This document shows, in pieces, positions 36,627 to 47,550 of a stretch of DNA of 64,000 nt. How positions within the stretch are numbered: position 1 is the first letter of the stretch; every line of letters begins with the position of its first letter. The stretch is from Amphiscolops sp. MND2022. Its lineage: Eukaryota. The stretch is from NCBI GenBank assembly GCA_964187785.1, contig OZ076409.1, positions 39,124,001 through 39,188,000 of the forward strand, given 5' to 3'. Under the pieces are notes generated by a model that saw only the letters and a program-made list of their open reading frames with translations, ran no database searches and had not been told where the DNA came from. The position numbers were made by a program, and so were the translations under genes.

Positions 36627-37669
36627 TGGTGACAGGAGTTTTAACCGACTCCACTAACCAGCCAAAAAGAACGAAGGCCCGGTCCCAAAGTCAGCCAACG
36701 TCAAAAGAACGTCCAGTTGTGGCAAGGACCCTGTTTACATCGGAAAAAGGTGACAGCACAACGCTGCCCATGCCAAAAGCACTAACGGCATCTCTCCCAA
36801 CGTTCGACGGGAAATCGGAAAAATTTGAATTATTCGAAGATCTTTTCCGCAACAACATAAAAATGTATCCCCATCTCACGGAAATACAGAAAATTAACTA
36901 TTTCCACTCGCTACTCAGAGGAGACGCCCTCCAGGCGTTTTGCAATATAGAAGACACGAAAAAAGATTCCCTTGACGAAATAATGACGATATTCAAACGA
37001 CGTTTCGGGGACTACCTGTCTACGGCTAAAGCTAGATGCGAATGGGATGCGCTCAGATTTGACCCCTCGAACCAGAAACTCCATGAATTTCTAGACATAC
37101 TTCAAAAAACGACCAAAGAAGCCTTCGGATCTGAAGCCCGACAATTCATTGACAAGGCAATATACGCAAAAATGCCAGATCATGTAAAAAAGATACTAAA
37201 CAGGGCGTATCTCGAAGACAAGCCATATAATGACATTGTGCTACACTTGGAAAGAGAAATGAGGCTTAACGGCCTTGGGGCGCCAGATGAAGTAACACTG
37301 GTACCACTAAATAAAGTAGAACCGGCCCCAACAAAAACTGAACCCAAACAAGTCGACAGCACGACGCAAAATGTCAAAAAGGGATATTGCTTCTACTGCA
37401 ACAAATTTGGACACTACAAAGCGGAATGTAGGAAAATGAAGAGAGATAAATGGATGCAGATCAGGAAGAACAATGGTCAAACCAACTCTAGTGCAGGCAA
37501 ATCGCTTAAATGCGACACATGCGGCAAACCTCACAAAACGGAAGATTGTTGGAACGGAGCCAACTCTGCCAACGATCCACGACCTAAGCGTCACAATAAC
37601 CCGGAATCAAAAAGGGACGTTCCCGTCCAACCAACGACAGCTAACTCTGTCATTGAATCAAAAAACTAG
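36233..37669 (+). CDS. gag: Gag of element 3 (begins inside the LTR; start codon is AAG in this copy)
   Basis: LPTFDGKSEKFELF capsid-like motif; knuckles CFYCNKFGHYKAEC and CDTCGKPHKTEDC. The equivalent position in the 3' LTR (49418) is ATG, while 36233-36235 is AAG. Confidence 0.9.
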   Translation, partial: KSTTRSQKRRNEQQGDKDVSEGFISPIVVENPCSSNQDVDVSGPSRPKSPRIENSFLESLRASLKDEITSEIKTLLAESQREMLKLLKPETRGSIRENTEEEVEEETRNFYTPTKSVRISSTQNDSIACRNMVTGVLTDSTNQPKRTKARSQSQPTSKERPVVARTLFTSEKGDSTTLPMPKALTASLPTFDGKSEKFELFEDLFRNNIKMYPHLTEIQKINYFHSLLRGDALQAFCNIEDTKKDSLDEIMTIFKRRFGDYLSTAKARCEWDALRFDPSNQKLHEFLDILQKTTKEAFGSEARQFIDKAIYAKMPDHVKKILNRAYLEDKPYNDIVLHLEREMRLNGLGAPDEVTLVPLNKVEPAPTKTEPKQVDSTTQNVKKGYCFYCNKFGHYKAECRKMKRDKWMQIRKNNGQTNSSAGKSLKCDTCGKPHKTEDCWNGANSANDPRPKRHNNPESKRDVPVQPTTANSVIESKN

Positions 37670-37716
37670 ATACGCCGCGCCTGCGCTTCGGGGAAACAGT
37701 AGACGCGAAGGCGTAT
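37660..37716 (+). promoter_or_regulatory. -1 programmed ribosomal frameshift signal (A AAA AAC plus hairpin)
   Basis: Heptamer 37660-37666 lies immediately before the gag TAG and is followed by the stem ATACGCC...GGCGTAT. The -1 frame is open from 37666 into the pol ORF at 38149. Confidence 0.85.
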
Positions 37717-40700
37717 TCACCAAATGATCCCCCTACTACATACACCAACGAAACAACTATAGAATGCGATGGAACTCCAACAGAGGACTGGCTGAGACGT
37801 CAGGCACTCGCTTCCATACGAAGACCCCTCATACAAACCGAAAAGGAACTGACACAAGATGAGGATCATGGAGACGACCACAAACAACACCCAAATCTTC
37901 TCATCCAGCCACCCCTCACCAATACAACACAATCCACCATAACCCAAACAGAACAAACCGAAAACGCCCTCGACGACCAACCATCGTCAACACAGACAAA
38001 GGAAGATACCCACGGCTCCACCCAAGTACCTATCTTCCCAGAGGATTTCCCCACATCTCTTAACTCTATCAAAGAGTATGTTACTGAAAAAGATGGAGAG
38101 ACGTACTTACCACTCCACTCGACTATAGTCCTAAAGAAAAAGAGAAGAATGCTCTACTTACCACTCGAATTCGGAGAAATCACCATGGACGGACTTGTCG
38201 ACTCAGGTGCGTTCATCAATGCTATGTCCTGGTCAGACTATAATGCCATCAAGATGAATACCGATAGTTGTGTCATAAAAGAATACCCACAACCTCCTTT
38301 CAAAATTGAATGCGCAAACGCACAACTAGAACAACCAATAGCCACTGCGGATATTCAGTTTAATATCGGGACATACACTTTCACAGATACCTTCGTCATC
38401 TTATCGAGAACGTCATTCCCTATCATAGGATTAACCTTCATGAGAAATCACCAAGCAGTGATCGACACTGCCAACGGAACGATCAATTTCCCGCACGTCG
38501 AAATGACGTTAGCCATGACAGACGAAATGAAAAAATGCAACCCAAAACCGCTTCAAATAATGGCAGAAGGACATCAGACACTGCCGCCTCAACAGACAAC
38601 AACAGTAAACGCAATAGTCATAACCACAAACATGCATGACGTCACTGGTGCGGTACAACCACTACCACAATTTGATGAAACAGCAACAATCATTGTTGCA
38701 CCAGCTCTGGCGACAGCCCATAACAAAAGGCTCAACCTCAGAATCGCCAACCTAACGGATTTCCCACATACAATAAAGAATCATACAAAGCTGGCAGAAC
38801 TACAAATCCTCAAACCTGAGGACACGAAACAAATACGACCAGTTGACGCCGCCGCACTCAAATTGTTAGAAGATCCTGATGACACACACATGTACATCAA
38901 CGAGCTTATGAAATCAAATGAACATGAACAAAGCGATGAAAACCTCTGGTTCCCCACACCCGAGAATCCAGGGAACGAAGAAGAACATACGCCAATCCAA
39001 CGTCGGATCTTGAAGGAAATCCGTGAACTCATCCAAAAGGAAAACTTAGATCCAACCAAAGACCCAGAATCAAGACAAAAATTCCTTGACATGTTCCTGT
39101 GGGAAGGCTCCCAAATCGAAGGCAATGACAGGAAGCAACTTGAACAAACAATAATCGAATACAACGACATTTTTGCGCGTCATCGCCTTGACATTGGAAT
39201 CAACAATAGCTTCAAAGTCAAATTAACTCCGAAAGACGAGCGTCCGATTTACACGCAAAGTTTGCCGGTACCAATCAATTTGAAAGAAGACCTAACAGTC
39301 GAATTGGCACTAATGCACAGGTACGGCATAATAACGACCCTACCATTTTCAAAGTATGCAAGCCCAATTTTCGCACAGAGGAAACCAAATGGCAAATTGC
39401 GTCTACTTGTCGACCTGCGAAAAATAAACGCACTAATCTCAGATGACTACATCAACAATAACCACCCAGTTAGCACCTTGTCAGATGCGGCTCAACACCT
39501 AGCTGGTAAAAAGCTATTTTGCAAATTAGACTGCTCTCAGGCATACCACTGCTTACAAATGGCAGATCAAAGATCCATTGAAATGCTGGCGTTCAACTTC
39601 GCAAGCAGGACGTTTGCCTACAGACGCTTAGCACAAGGACTGAGCAGGGCTCTGTCGGCATTTTCAAGTTTCATGAGAGAATACTTAGACAAAGTGATCA
39701 AAGCCGACCAGTGCGCACAATATGTGGATGATATCGGGATCGCAGCCAATTCAGTGACGCAACTGATACGTAACATCAAAGCCGTTTTCGAATGCATCAG
39801 ACAAGCGGGGCTTAAACTAACCATAGAAAAATGCCATTTCGGGGTGACTGAGGTTGAATTTCTTGGAAGAACAATCACTCCACAAGGAATTGCCCCCCAA
39901 GACCATAAAATACAAAAATTTCTGGCAAATGTACGATTTCCAAAGTCAAAAAAGCAGGTACAAAGATACATTGGTTTTGTCAATTATAATCGCAATTACA
40001 TCCCGCGATTATCTGAAAAATTACTCGGATTCTATGAATTGTTGAAAGCAGATAAACAAATCAAAATCACAGAAGAATTACTTGACCATTACAAAGCTAT
40101 CAACGCAGCACTGGCGCAAGCTTGCGGTTTGGCACTCAAACAACCAATCACAGGACGACAGTACGTCCTGATGACGGACGCCAGTTTCCGAGCCTCCGGC
40201 TACGCACTAATGATTGAGGAAAACAACGACAAAAAACTCAATTCAAAAAAGAAGACATTTGCGCCGGTCGCATTCGGATCGAAAGTATTTTCCCCGGCTC
40301 AACTAAAAATGTCTATTTACTGCAAAGAATTCCTAGCAATTTACCATGCATTTCTAGAATACAGCCATATATTGTGGGAAGCGACGCTACCAACACTCGT
40401 AATGACCGATAACAGGTCAGTCACGCGCTTCTTTCAAACAAAAGCCATACCGCCTACGCTGTGGAACGCGTGTGACTATGTGCTACAATTCAACTTCCAC
40501 ATAATGCACGTCGCTGGTACGCAAAACACCGCAGCTGATTTCTTATCACGCATTGAACTTACCCCCAAAGAACGAGTTGAATTGAAAATAAGAGAGGACA
40601 TTACAATCAGGCCCATCCAAGTGAATCTCCAATCTACGGACGTCGCGGATGAGGAACAGCTTTTCTTCCTTCCGGATGAAACAATTGAAACAGAAGAAGA

Positions 40701-42598
40701 AATCCTATTGCAGAAGGAACAAGCTAGACTAAATGCGCGCGACGAGGAGACGTCCAAAATTAAACTAGCCATCAAAGAAACCACCCGAATTCCAATAAAT
40801 AAAGCATCTTATACCTTTGGAGCAATAAAAGAGGATGCTCGCATCAGAGTCGAACAAGATTCAAACCTAGTTTTCAAAGCAATCAAAAAGAAACTGATTT
40901 CTGAAGATTATGACAAACACCTATTACAAACTGATCCGACAGCCAAACGCCTTCTAGTCCACGAAAGCAGACTAATTGTCAAAGATGGAGTATTAATGCG
41001 AAAGTACTACGGCGAATGTGGACAAGTTACCCACCACCAAATATTAATTCCCGAACACTTGGTTACAGAACTCTTGAAGGCAATACATGGACAAATGGGA
41101 AAACACCCGGGGATTACAAAAATGATTCAAGAATGCCGATCAAAGTACTATTACCCCGGCCTAGCAAAAAGAATCAGACAGTGGGTAATGCAATGCGAAG
41201 ACTGCATCAAATACAAACGAATCAACAACAGCCAAATCAGACCGAAAATGATCAACAATACGGAACACGTCATTGGTCCGGAGGACATTCTTGAAATTGA
41301 CATACTACCAAATTTGCCAAGCTCTGCGGGATACCAGAACATCGTTACGATGATCGACGTATTTTCACGTTACCTATTTGCATATCCAACACAGAATGTC
41401 ACAGCGAAAACAATCGGACGATGCATTGTCGACGTTATGACAAGACATGCATACTTGCCAACACTAATCCTATCAGACAAGGGCTCACAATTTCGATCAG
41501 AAGTCGTCACAGAAATAGCCCAAATACTCGAGATTCAAATCAGCCATGCGTCTACAAAACATGCACAGACGATCGGAATTTTAGAAAGAACACACGCGTC
41601 AATCAAAACCGCACTAAAAATTTCGACGGGTGAACGACGTTCAATGTGGCACAAGTATGTCCAAATAGCTGTAATGAATTACAATACAACATACCACGAG
41701 ACTCTGGGCTGTGAACCATCTACAGTATTCCACGGACGAATACCCTACAATGTCCTCGACCTAAAATTGGGGATCAAGCCAAAGTGGAAAACAACGCCCA
41801 ACTCGGACATAGCAGAGCAAATACAAAAACAAATAGACGAGGTACGAGCGACAGCGAAGGACAATATAATGCTATCCTACCTCAAATATAAAAAATATTA
41901 CGACCGCAAAGCGTCTGCAGCTCCACTGAAGATCAACGATTATTGTTACATACTCAATCCGAAAGCCGACAACCAGTCGACGAAGTTTGAGTTCCAAGAC
42001 TGCATATGGACTTGGCCCGTACATAGTGATCAAAGTGCTTTCCAATAATAACTACACAATACGCAAACTTGGCACAAGATATACACAAACACTACACAGA
42101 ATTCGCATACGACCTTACGTGCCAGAACAACGATTGCCTGACGTCACAGTACGAGCCGACAATTACCTTCCCGATCCAGATGTCAAAATTTCACACAATG
42201 AGTGGTACGCAGTCTCATGGGAAATGGATTTCGGGAAACAGATCGACGAGCACGAGTTGCGAGAAAACGAAAACAATCATCAACAACCAGTCACACAAGA
42301 GGTAGCGAACACACAGGACGAAACGGCGACGCAACAAATACTGGACAAGAAACCTGAAACTATGGACGACAAAGCGCCGCCATCTCCGGACTTTTCAAAT
42401 CTTACTACAGACGTGGGGGATAATCCATATATACGGCGCCCCCCACCCATTGAAAACCCACCTATTCCCCCAAAATCGCCGCCTACAATAGTTGGATATA
42501 ATCCAAGGAAAATAGCGAAATACAATCTACGACCTAATCCCAAACCCAATACTAATCCTGACTTTAGAAGACTTGACGCTATCACTACGACTCACTAG
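37666..42598 (+). CDS. pol: Pol of element 3 (PR, dUTPase-like remnant, RT, RNase H, IN with GPY/F); one +1 frameshift at about 42012
   Basis: LVDSGA; KLDCSQAY and YVDD; TDAS; H..H..CEDC, IDIL, SDKG, LERTH. TGG ACT (T) GGC CCG TAC has an extra T that splits WTGPY; the C-terminus continues in ORF 41987-42598. Confidence 0.93.
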
Positions 42599-42881
42599 AA
42601 AGGGAAAAGAGCACTATCAAGTGTCCAGATCGAACCGACCTGACGACTTTAATTACTGGCATACTACGGCCTCTTTTTCTTGATTTTCTTCGACTCCAAT
42701 TTCTTTTCTACTATTTTGCTGGGGAGTCAATCACTATCAGTTAATTTTAAAATCCAGCAAAATAAAAATAGCCAAAAGGCAACGACTACAATCAAATAAA
42801 TAAAAGCTGCAATAAAAGAAGCACAAAAGACTACTACTAAAGTTTAACAACAACAGTTGTATCAAGTCTCGACTACACATC

Positions 42882-45800
42882 TTAGTGACTCTTGGACTTG
42901 GGACTCAATCGTCTTCCAATCGACTTCGCACTTTTTGGCCCCTCGTGTGACTGATCTTTAGAGGACACTTTCTCTGCGCTTTTATTTGACGCTTCTTTCT
43001 TACCAACACATGCCTTCTTGACGGGCTTCAGCTCTTTTTTCTGCCCAAGAATAGCAGCCAAGGAAGACTCCGCAGTATAGGTACGTTGCCTTGACGTCCC
43101 AGCATCGGAACCAGACACAGGAGAAGCAATGGCAAATGAGGTAGCAGGCAGCACACCACCACGAGGAGAACTGCAGACACTTGACCCGCCCGAACCACCA
43201 GACTCCGAAAAACGAACTTGGCGCGGCTGACGGTTGGCACTATGAAGCTGCTTCGTGGCCTCACTTTTCTTGCGGCTCAGATAGGCATCAAAGGCTGAAG
43301 AGTATTGACGCACAAAGGCCGAACGATCGCCACATGACACACTCTCCCAAGGGTCAAAACTGGCACAAGACATGAAACCCCGACTGCTGGCTATGGCATC
43401 GCGAACACTTTCCATGGTTCCCTGAGTGAAGAAAGCGCCCTGCTTGTACCCGGGAGAAGACACAAGACTTTGGACGCCCCTCAGAGACGACGTCACGACG
43501 GAAACAGGTACGGCACAGTCCTTAAGATCAATTTCAATGTCAGGCATCTTTCTGCGAGGGCGATCCACTACCAAGCAGCACACTTTCAGTACCCGGACGA
43601 GGCTTCTCCGTGACATGAAACTGTAGTCCGAAAGCAGATACTCAGAAACATCTTCGATCTGCTCCGCACTTCGCTCTGACTCCTGATGCCGCGTCCTAGC
43701 ATCGACGACGAATGTGGCGAACTCCTCACGACTCGACTGTGCATCACTGCTGGAGAGACAGCCACATCGCTCGAGAACGCGAACCAGACGAGAGAACAGC
43801 TGAAAGAAATGCTGGTCGTCGCCCTCAAGGAGCAGCTCAGGGCAAAAGCAATACAACCCCTGGAAGAAATCCGAGGACACAACCTGCTGACCCAAGATGA
43901 CGTCCACCAGCCGGTCCACAAATTCCCGACAACGATTGCGGAACTCACGCGCCTCATCAGTGTTTGAACGATGTAGTTCAGCCCCAAACTCGTAATTCTG
44001 CAAGAAATCGTCAGTACTGACTTTTTCGAACGCTTGCAACTTGCTGGGCTCCATATATGACTCCCAATCATTGAGAGCAGGCAGACTGGACACCTTGCGA
44101 CTGCGGATGAGCAAGCAATACACGAACTGACACACTTCACTGTAGGCATGAAAGGCGTAGTCACTACGTCCGGCCTTTTGTTTGACGAAAGTGCAATGAT
44201 CTAAACACAACAGACGACTGTACACATATTACCAAGACTATGATACCTAGACGACAACCCGATGACGACGACGATCAGCCACCTAACATACCAAACGAGC
44301 TACTATGCCAACAAAAAAAAAGAGATAAAAAAAAAAACAACCAAAAACCAAGAATAGCGAAAGAAAGTCACAGGAAAGTACAACTTACAAAGATCCAGAA
44401 CGTGCAGCAGCATTCCCAGTCGCAGTTTGTTTGTCGTCTCGGAGTAGACGAGCGTGTCTGTGCCTCGCATCTAAATAGCAACAACAAGATGACTATTTCG
44501 CCAAACCCACAGAGAGACGACACCCCACCGCAAGAATACAAAACAGCACCCTGAAACAAAACTATACCCACCTTGTCAGCCTCGCTCTTGATGTGTCGGG
44601 GACCAGTGTACCGAACGTACTCCTGGACTTTATCCCAAATGGAAACCAGCTCAGCCACGACACCACGCAGTTCGGCGAACGTCACCTTTCCAGCGACCAC
44701 ACAACGGCGAAGTTCGGGAAGGTCCTCCATCCAGGGCTCCTGCAAAGCCCCACGAAGACGCACCATCAAGAAGTCGACCATGGTGGTGACTTCTAACATC
44801 CCGAAGATCTCTTGATGGGCAACTCGATAGCAGTGGAGGAACACATCAGAGGAGAATTCCCGAGCATACACCAAACGATGCCCGTCACTGCGTTCGTCGT
44901 TGACTACCCGCAGGAAGGATGGACTGGCACCACGAATGCTGATAGGGAGAGAAGCTGAGGACAGACTGGTGACGATACGTGACAGTGACGACAGTTCGGA
45001 CTGGGGCACTCGCTGACCCAAGGGCTCGACATTGATGCAGATGTCCAGCAAAGTATTGCCCTCCCAAGTCGAAACGAAGCAGTACTGGCCATCGGCATGC
45101 TCCTCAAACCGTACACTGTAGCAGTTGAAGGTCGTCACGCGAGAGATGATGGAGCGCAGGACCCGAGGAAAGAGAGCACGACAAATCAACGACTAAAACA
45201 CAAACGCACCAACTCACTCAGCAGATGCACAAACCCATCTACGCCGACCACAAGATGTCCACATACAAAAGAAACAGGCACATGATGAGGAAAAACAACA
45301 CAACTCATCTCTATGAGGATTACTAACCAGTGTCTCAAGACGATTCCAGTGAAGATTATATAGGGGATTGTCAGGCCCCAGAGTGGCACGGAAGTTGCCC
45401 CACAGCTTGCGGAGCAAAACGTAGCTACCACCCCACCTGCATAGCTCTGCCACACAGTTTACCATTGTCAGCAGAGGAATCGTCGAATCCACCCGAGTAC
45501 AAGACGGCAGCAAGTCCTCAGGGAAACTGAACCCCTCATCCTTCTCCACTGCATCTTGCCCCAGGTACTCGGCCCGCTGGTCTGACGTCAGCTCGAGAGG
45601 CTTCATCAGCTGATCGAACACTGGCAGACCTTGCTGAACCCGGTAGGCCACATCTCGAGTCCAGTGGCGATCGCCGGAGTAGTGTCGGATGAACTCCCTT
45701 GCCCCGCGTGACTGCATGGAGACATCCCGCTTGCAAATCATGCAGTGGAAGTGAGTGGCCGACCCGTTGCTGGCTCCACTGACAAACAGACTGAAGATAG

Positions 45801-46970
45801 GATGGTCTCCCACCATATCTTTTCGCAGATGATGACGGCTGCTATACTTCTTGACGGGGGTCTCACGCAAAGCAACCGCCTCCAAACTGCTCTCCATCCG
45901 AGACATCAGATCTTGCATTCCTACAAAACGACATAACGACGGATTAGCACTAACCAGACTATACCTACAGAACTAGCACAACCAACAAATGCCTAGATGT
46001 ACACTACAGAACCCACTTCAACGTGATGCAGATAACGACTACAGTCATGACAAGGTATACTCACTTGCTAGTACGGGACCAACTCCAGAAGGCTCCGCCC
46101 GGGCCACGTCCAAGTCACTAGCACCAGAAATCCCTTGAGCGGCAAAATCTCCAGATTCTACGAAACAAACCAAAGTCACATTCGAATAGCCTATCTAATA
46201 GCCTACCCAACACCCAAGAACGAAGAATTTTATTACCGCTCACAGTAAGCTGCGCAAGATGCAGATTCGCCGTCTGCACGCGCACCTGACGCTTCCTTTT
46301 TCCAGATGAGCCTGTCCCAGCCCTTTCTGCAGCAGTGGACGCAACTATAACGTCAACATGTATCACCAAACAATCAAACAGGGAAATACCTCAAGACCAA
46401 ACAAAATATGTCAACCTTACCTCTTTTCCTGGATTCGGAAGGCGTCAGTCCACTGAATGTTTTCCCGAACCCAGTCAGGAAAGGAGTCAACTGAGGTGAG
46501 CTGGAGGTCTGCCCAAGGATCCCAGCTCCTGAAGATTCCGCCCCGAAGACGTCATCTTTCTCTCCGGTGGGGGATACTACCTCGCCTCCGCAAGGAGAAC
46601 CAGAGAGCAAGCCCGTAAGATTGACGTCAGGCCTCGAACCTGACGCGACAGGGGTTTCTCCACCAGCAGGGACAGCAGCAGACGACCCACAAGGAACACT
46701 CTCGAGCTCAGCAGAAGGCGTCACAGGAGAAATGGTCGCAGGAGGAACGCCCACTTCAGCACCAGCAAGAGGAGTAGTCATCACCTTGGGCTCTAGAAAA
46801 GAAAAGGTACATTCCCAGCATCGACGCGTCAAGAAAATCTAAGCTGTGAAAATAGGAATCAGAAAAGGCCTATCTGGTAGTAGTATTATTCACAAAAGCT
46901 TAATGGATCAGGGAATGAAATACTCACCAACAGCCCGAGGTCGAATGTCATCCGCGTCACTCTGACGCAT
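42882..46970 (-). CDS. Antisense 8-exon accessory gene, about 1076 aa, resembling a degenerate hAT-family transposase
   Basis: Exons 46970-46928 (5' end ambiguous; alternative ATG 47053 with acceptor ~46838), 46792-46421, 46344-46237, 46157-46065, 45920-45328, 45192-44572, 44470-44389, 44200-42882. Seven GT-AG introns of 76-188 nt, all phase-compatible (3231 nt). Zn finger CMICKRDVSMQSRGAREFIRHYSGDRH followed by collinear hAT-like segments. Confidence 0.75.
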
Positions 46971-47104
46971 GTCTCCCTCCGAGAACACGTATTGCGTCTC
47001 GTGACCACTCTGGCCCCGGGATCAACTGAAGGGACAGTGGGACGTGAATCCATCGTCAAATAGCTCAGAATCTGAAAACAAACCCGAAGATGAAGACAAC
47101 AACC

Positions 47105-47440
47105 GAAATTGATGTCATTATAACAGTGACAAAACCTAAAGTTGGCAAGCCACCAACGAAATTGACGCTGGCATAACGTCAGTACCAAAAAGTTGATTAA
47201 AAATCAGCGAAATTGACGTCGGCATAACGTCGACAAAAAGGTTATTGGGTTATTAATCCTATAACCTATAATGACGTCATCACAACGGTTAGCTAAGCTA
47301 ACGAAAATGACGTCAGCATAACGTTGACAATCTTGGCTAAGCGGATTAACTTAATTTGCAGCCAATAAAAAGCGGCGTTGGAATAACGTCAACACCCGAG
47401 GATTGAAAAGGATTAAAATGATTGAATAGCCAATCAGAAT
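47105..47440. promoter_or_regulatory. Putative internal bidirectional promoter with repeated TGACGTC-N-ATAACGT motifs and CCAAT boxes
   Basis: About 6 imperfect copies (47109, 47162, 47213, 47271, 47307, 47374), two with full TGACGTCA. AGCCAAT at about 47360 and 47428. Lies between two divergent ORFs. Confidence 0.55.
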
Positions 47441-47550
47441 AGAGGGATTTATCCCAATATTCTCCTTAATCCTAATTAATCCTGAATTCATTGAGGAACA
47501 ATCAAAAGATAAAAGTCAGCTGTAAAGAAAGAAAGAATTTCTTGAAGAAA

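Noticed and set aside
44551..44571. 21-nt GT-AG micro-intron in the antisense gene
   Set aside because: Too short; the 101-nt intron ending at 44471 gives an in-phase exon that fits the protein.
47105..47400. CRISPR-like repeat-spacer array
   Set aside because: Repeats are degenerate with irregular spacing, the context is eukaryotic, and there are no cas genes.
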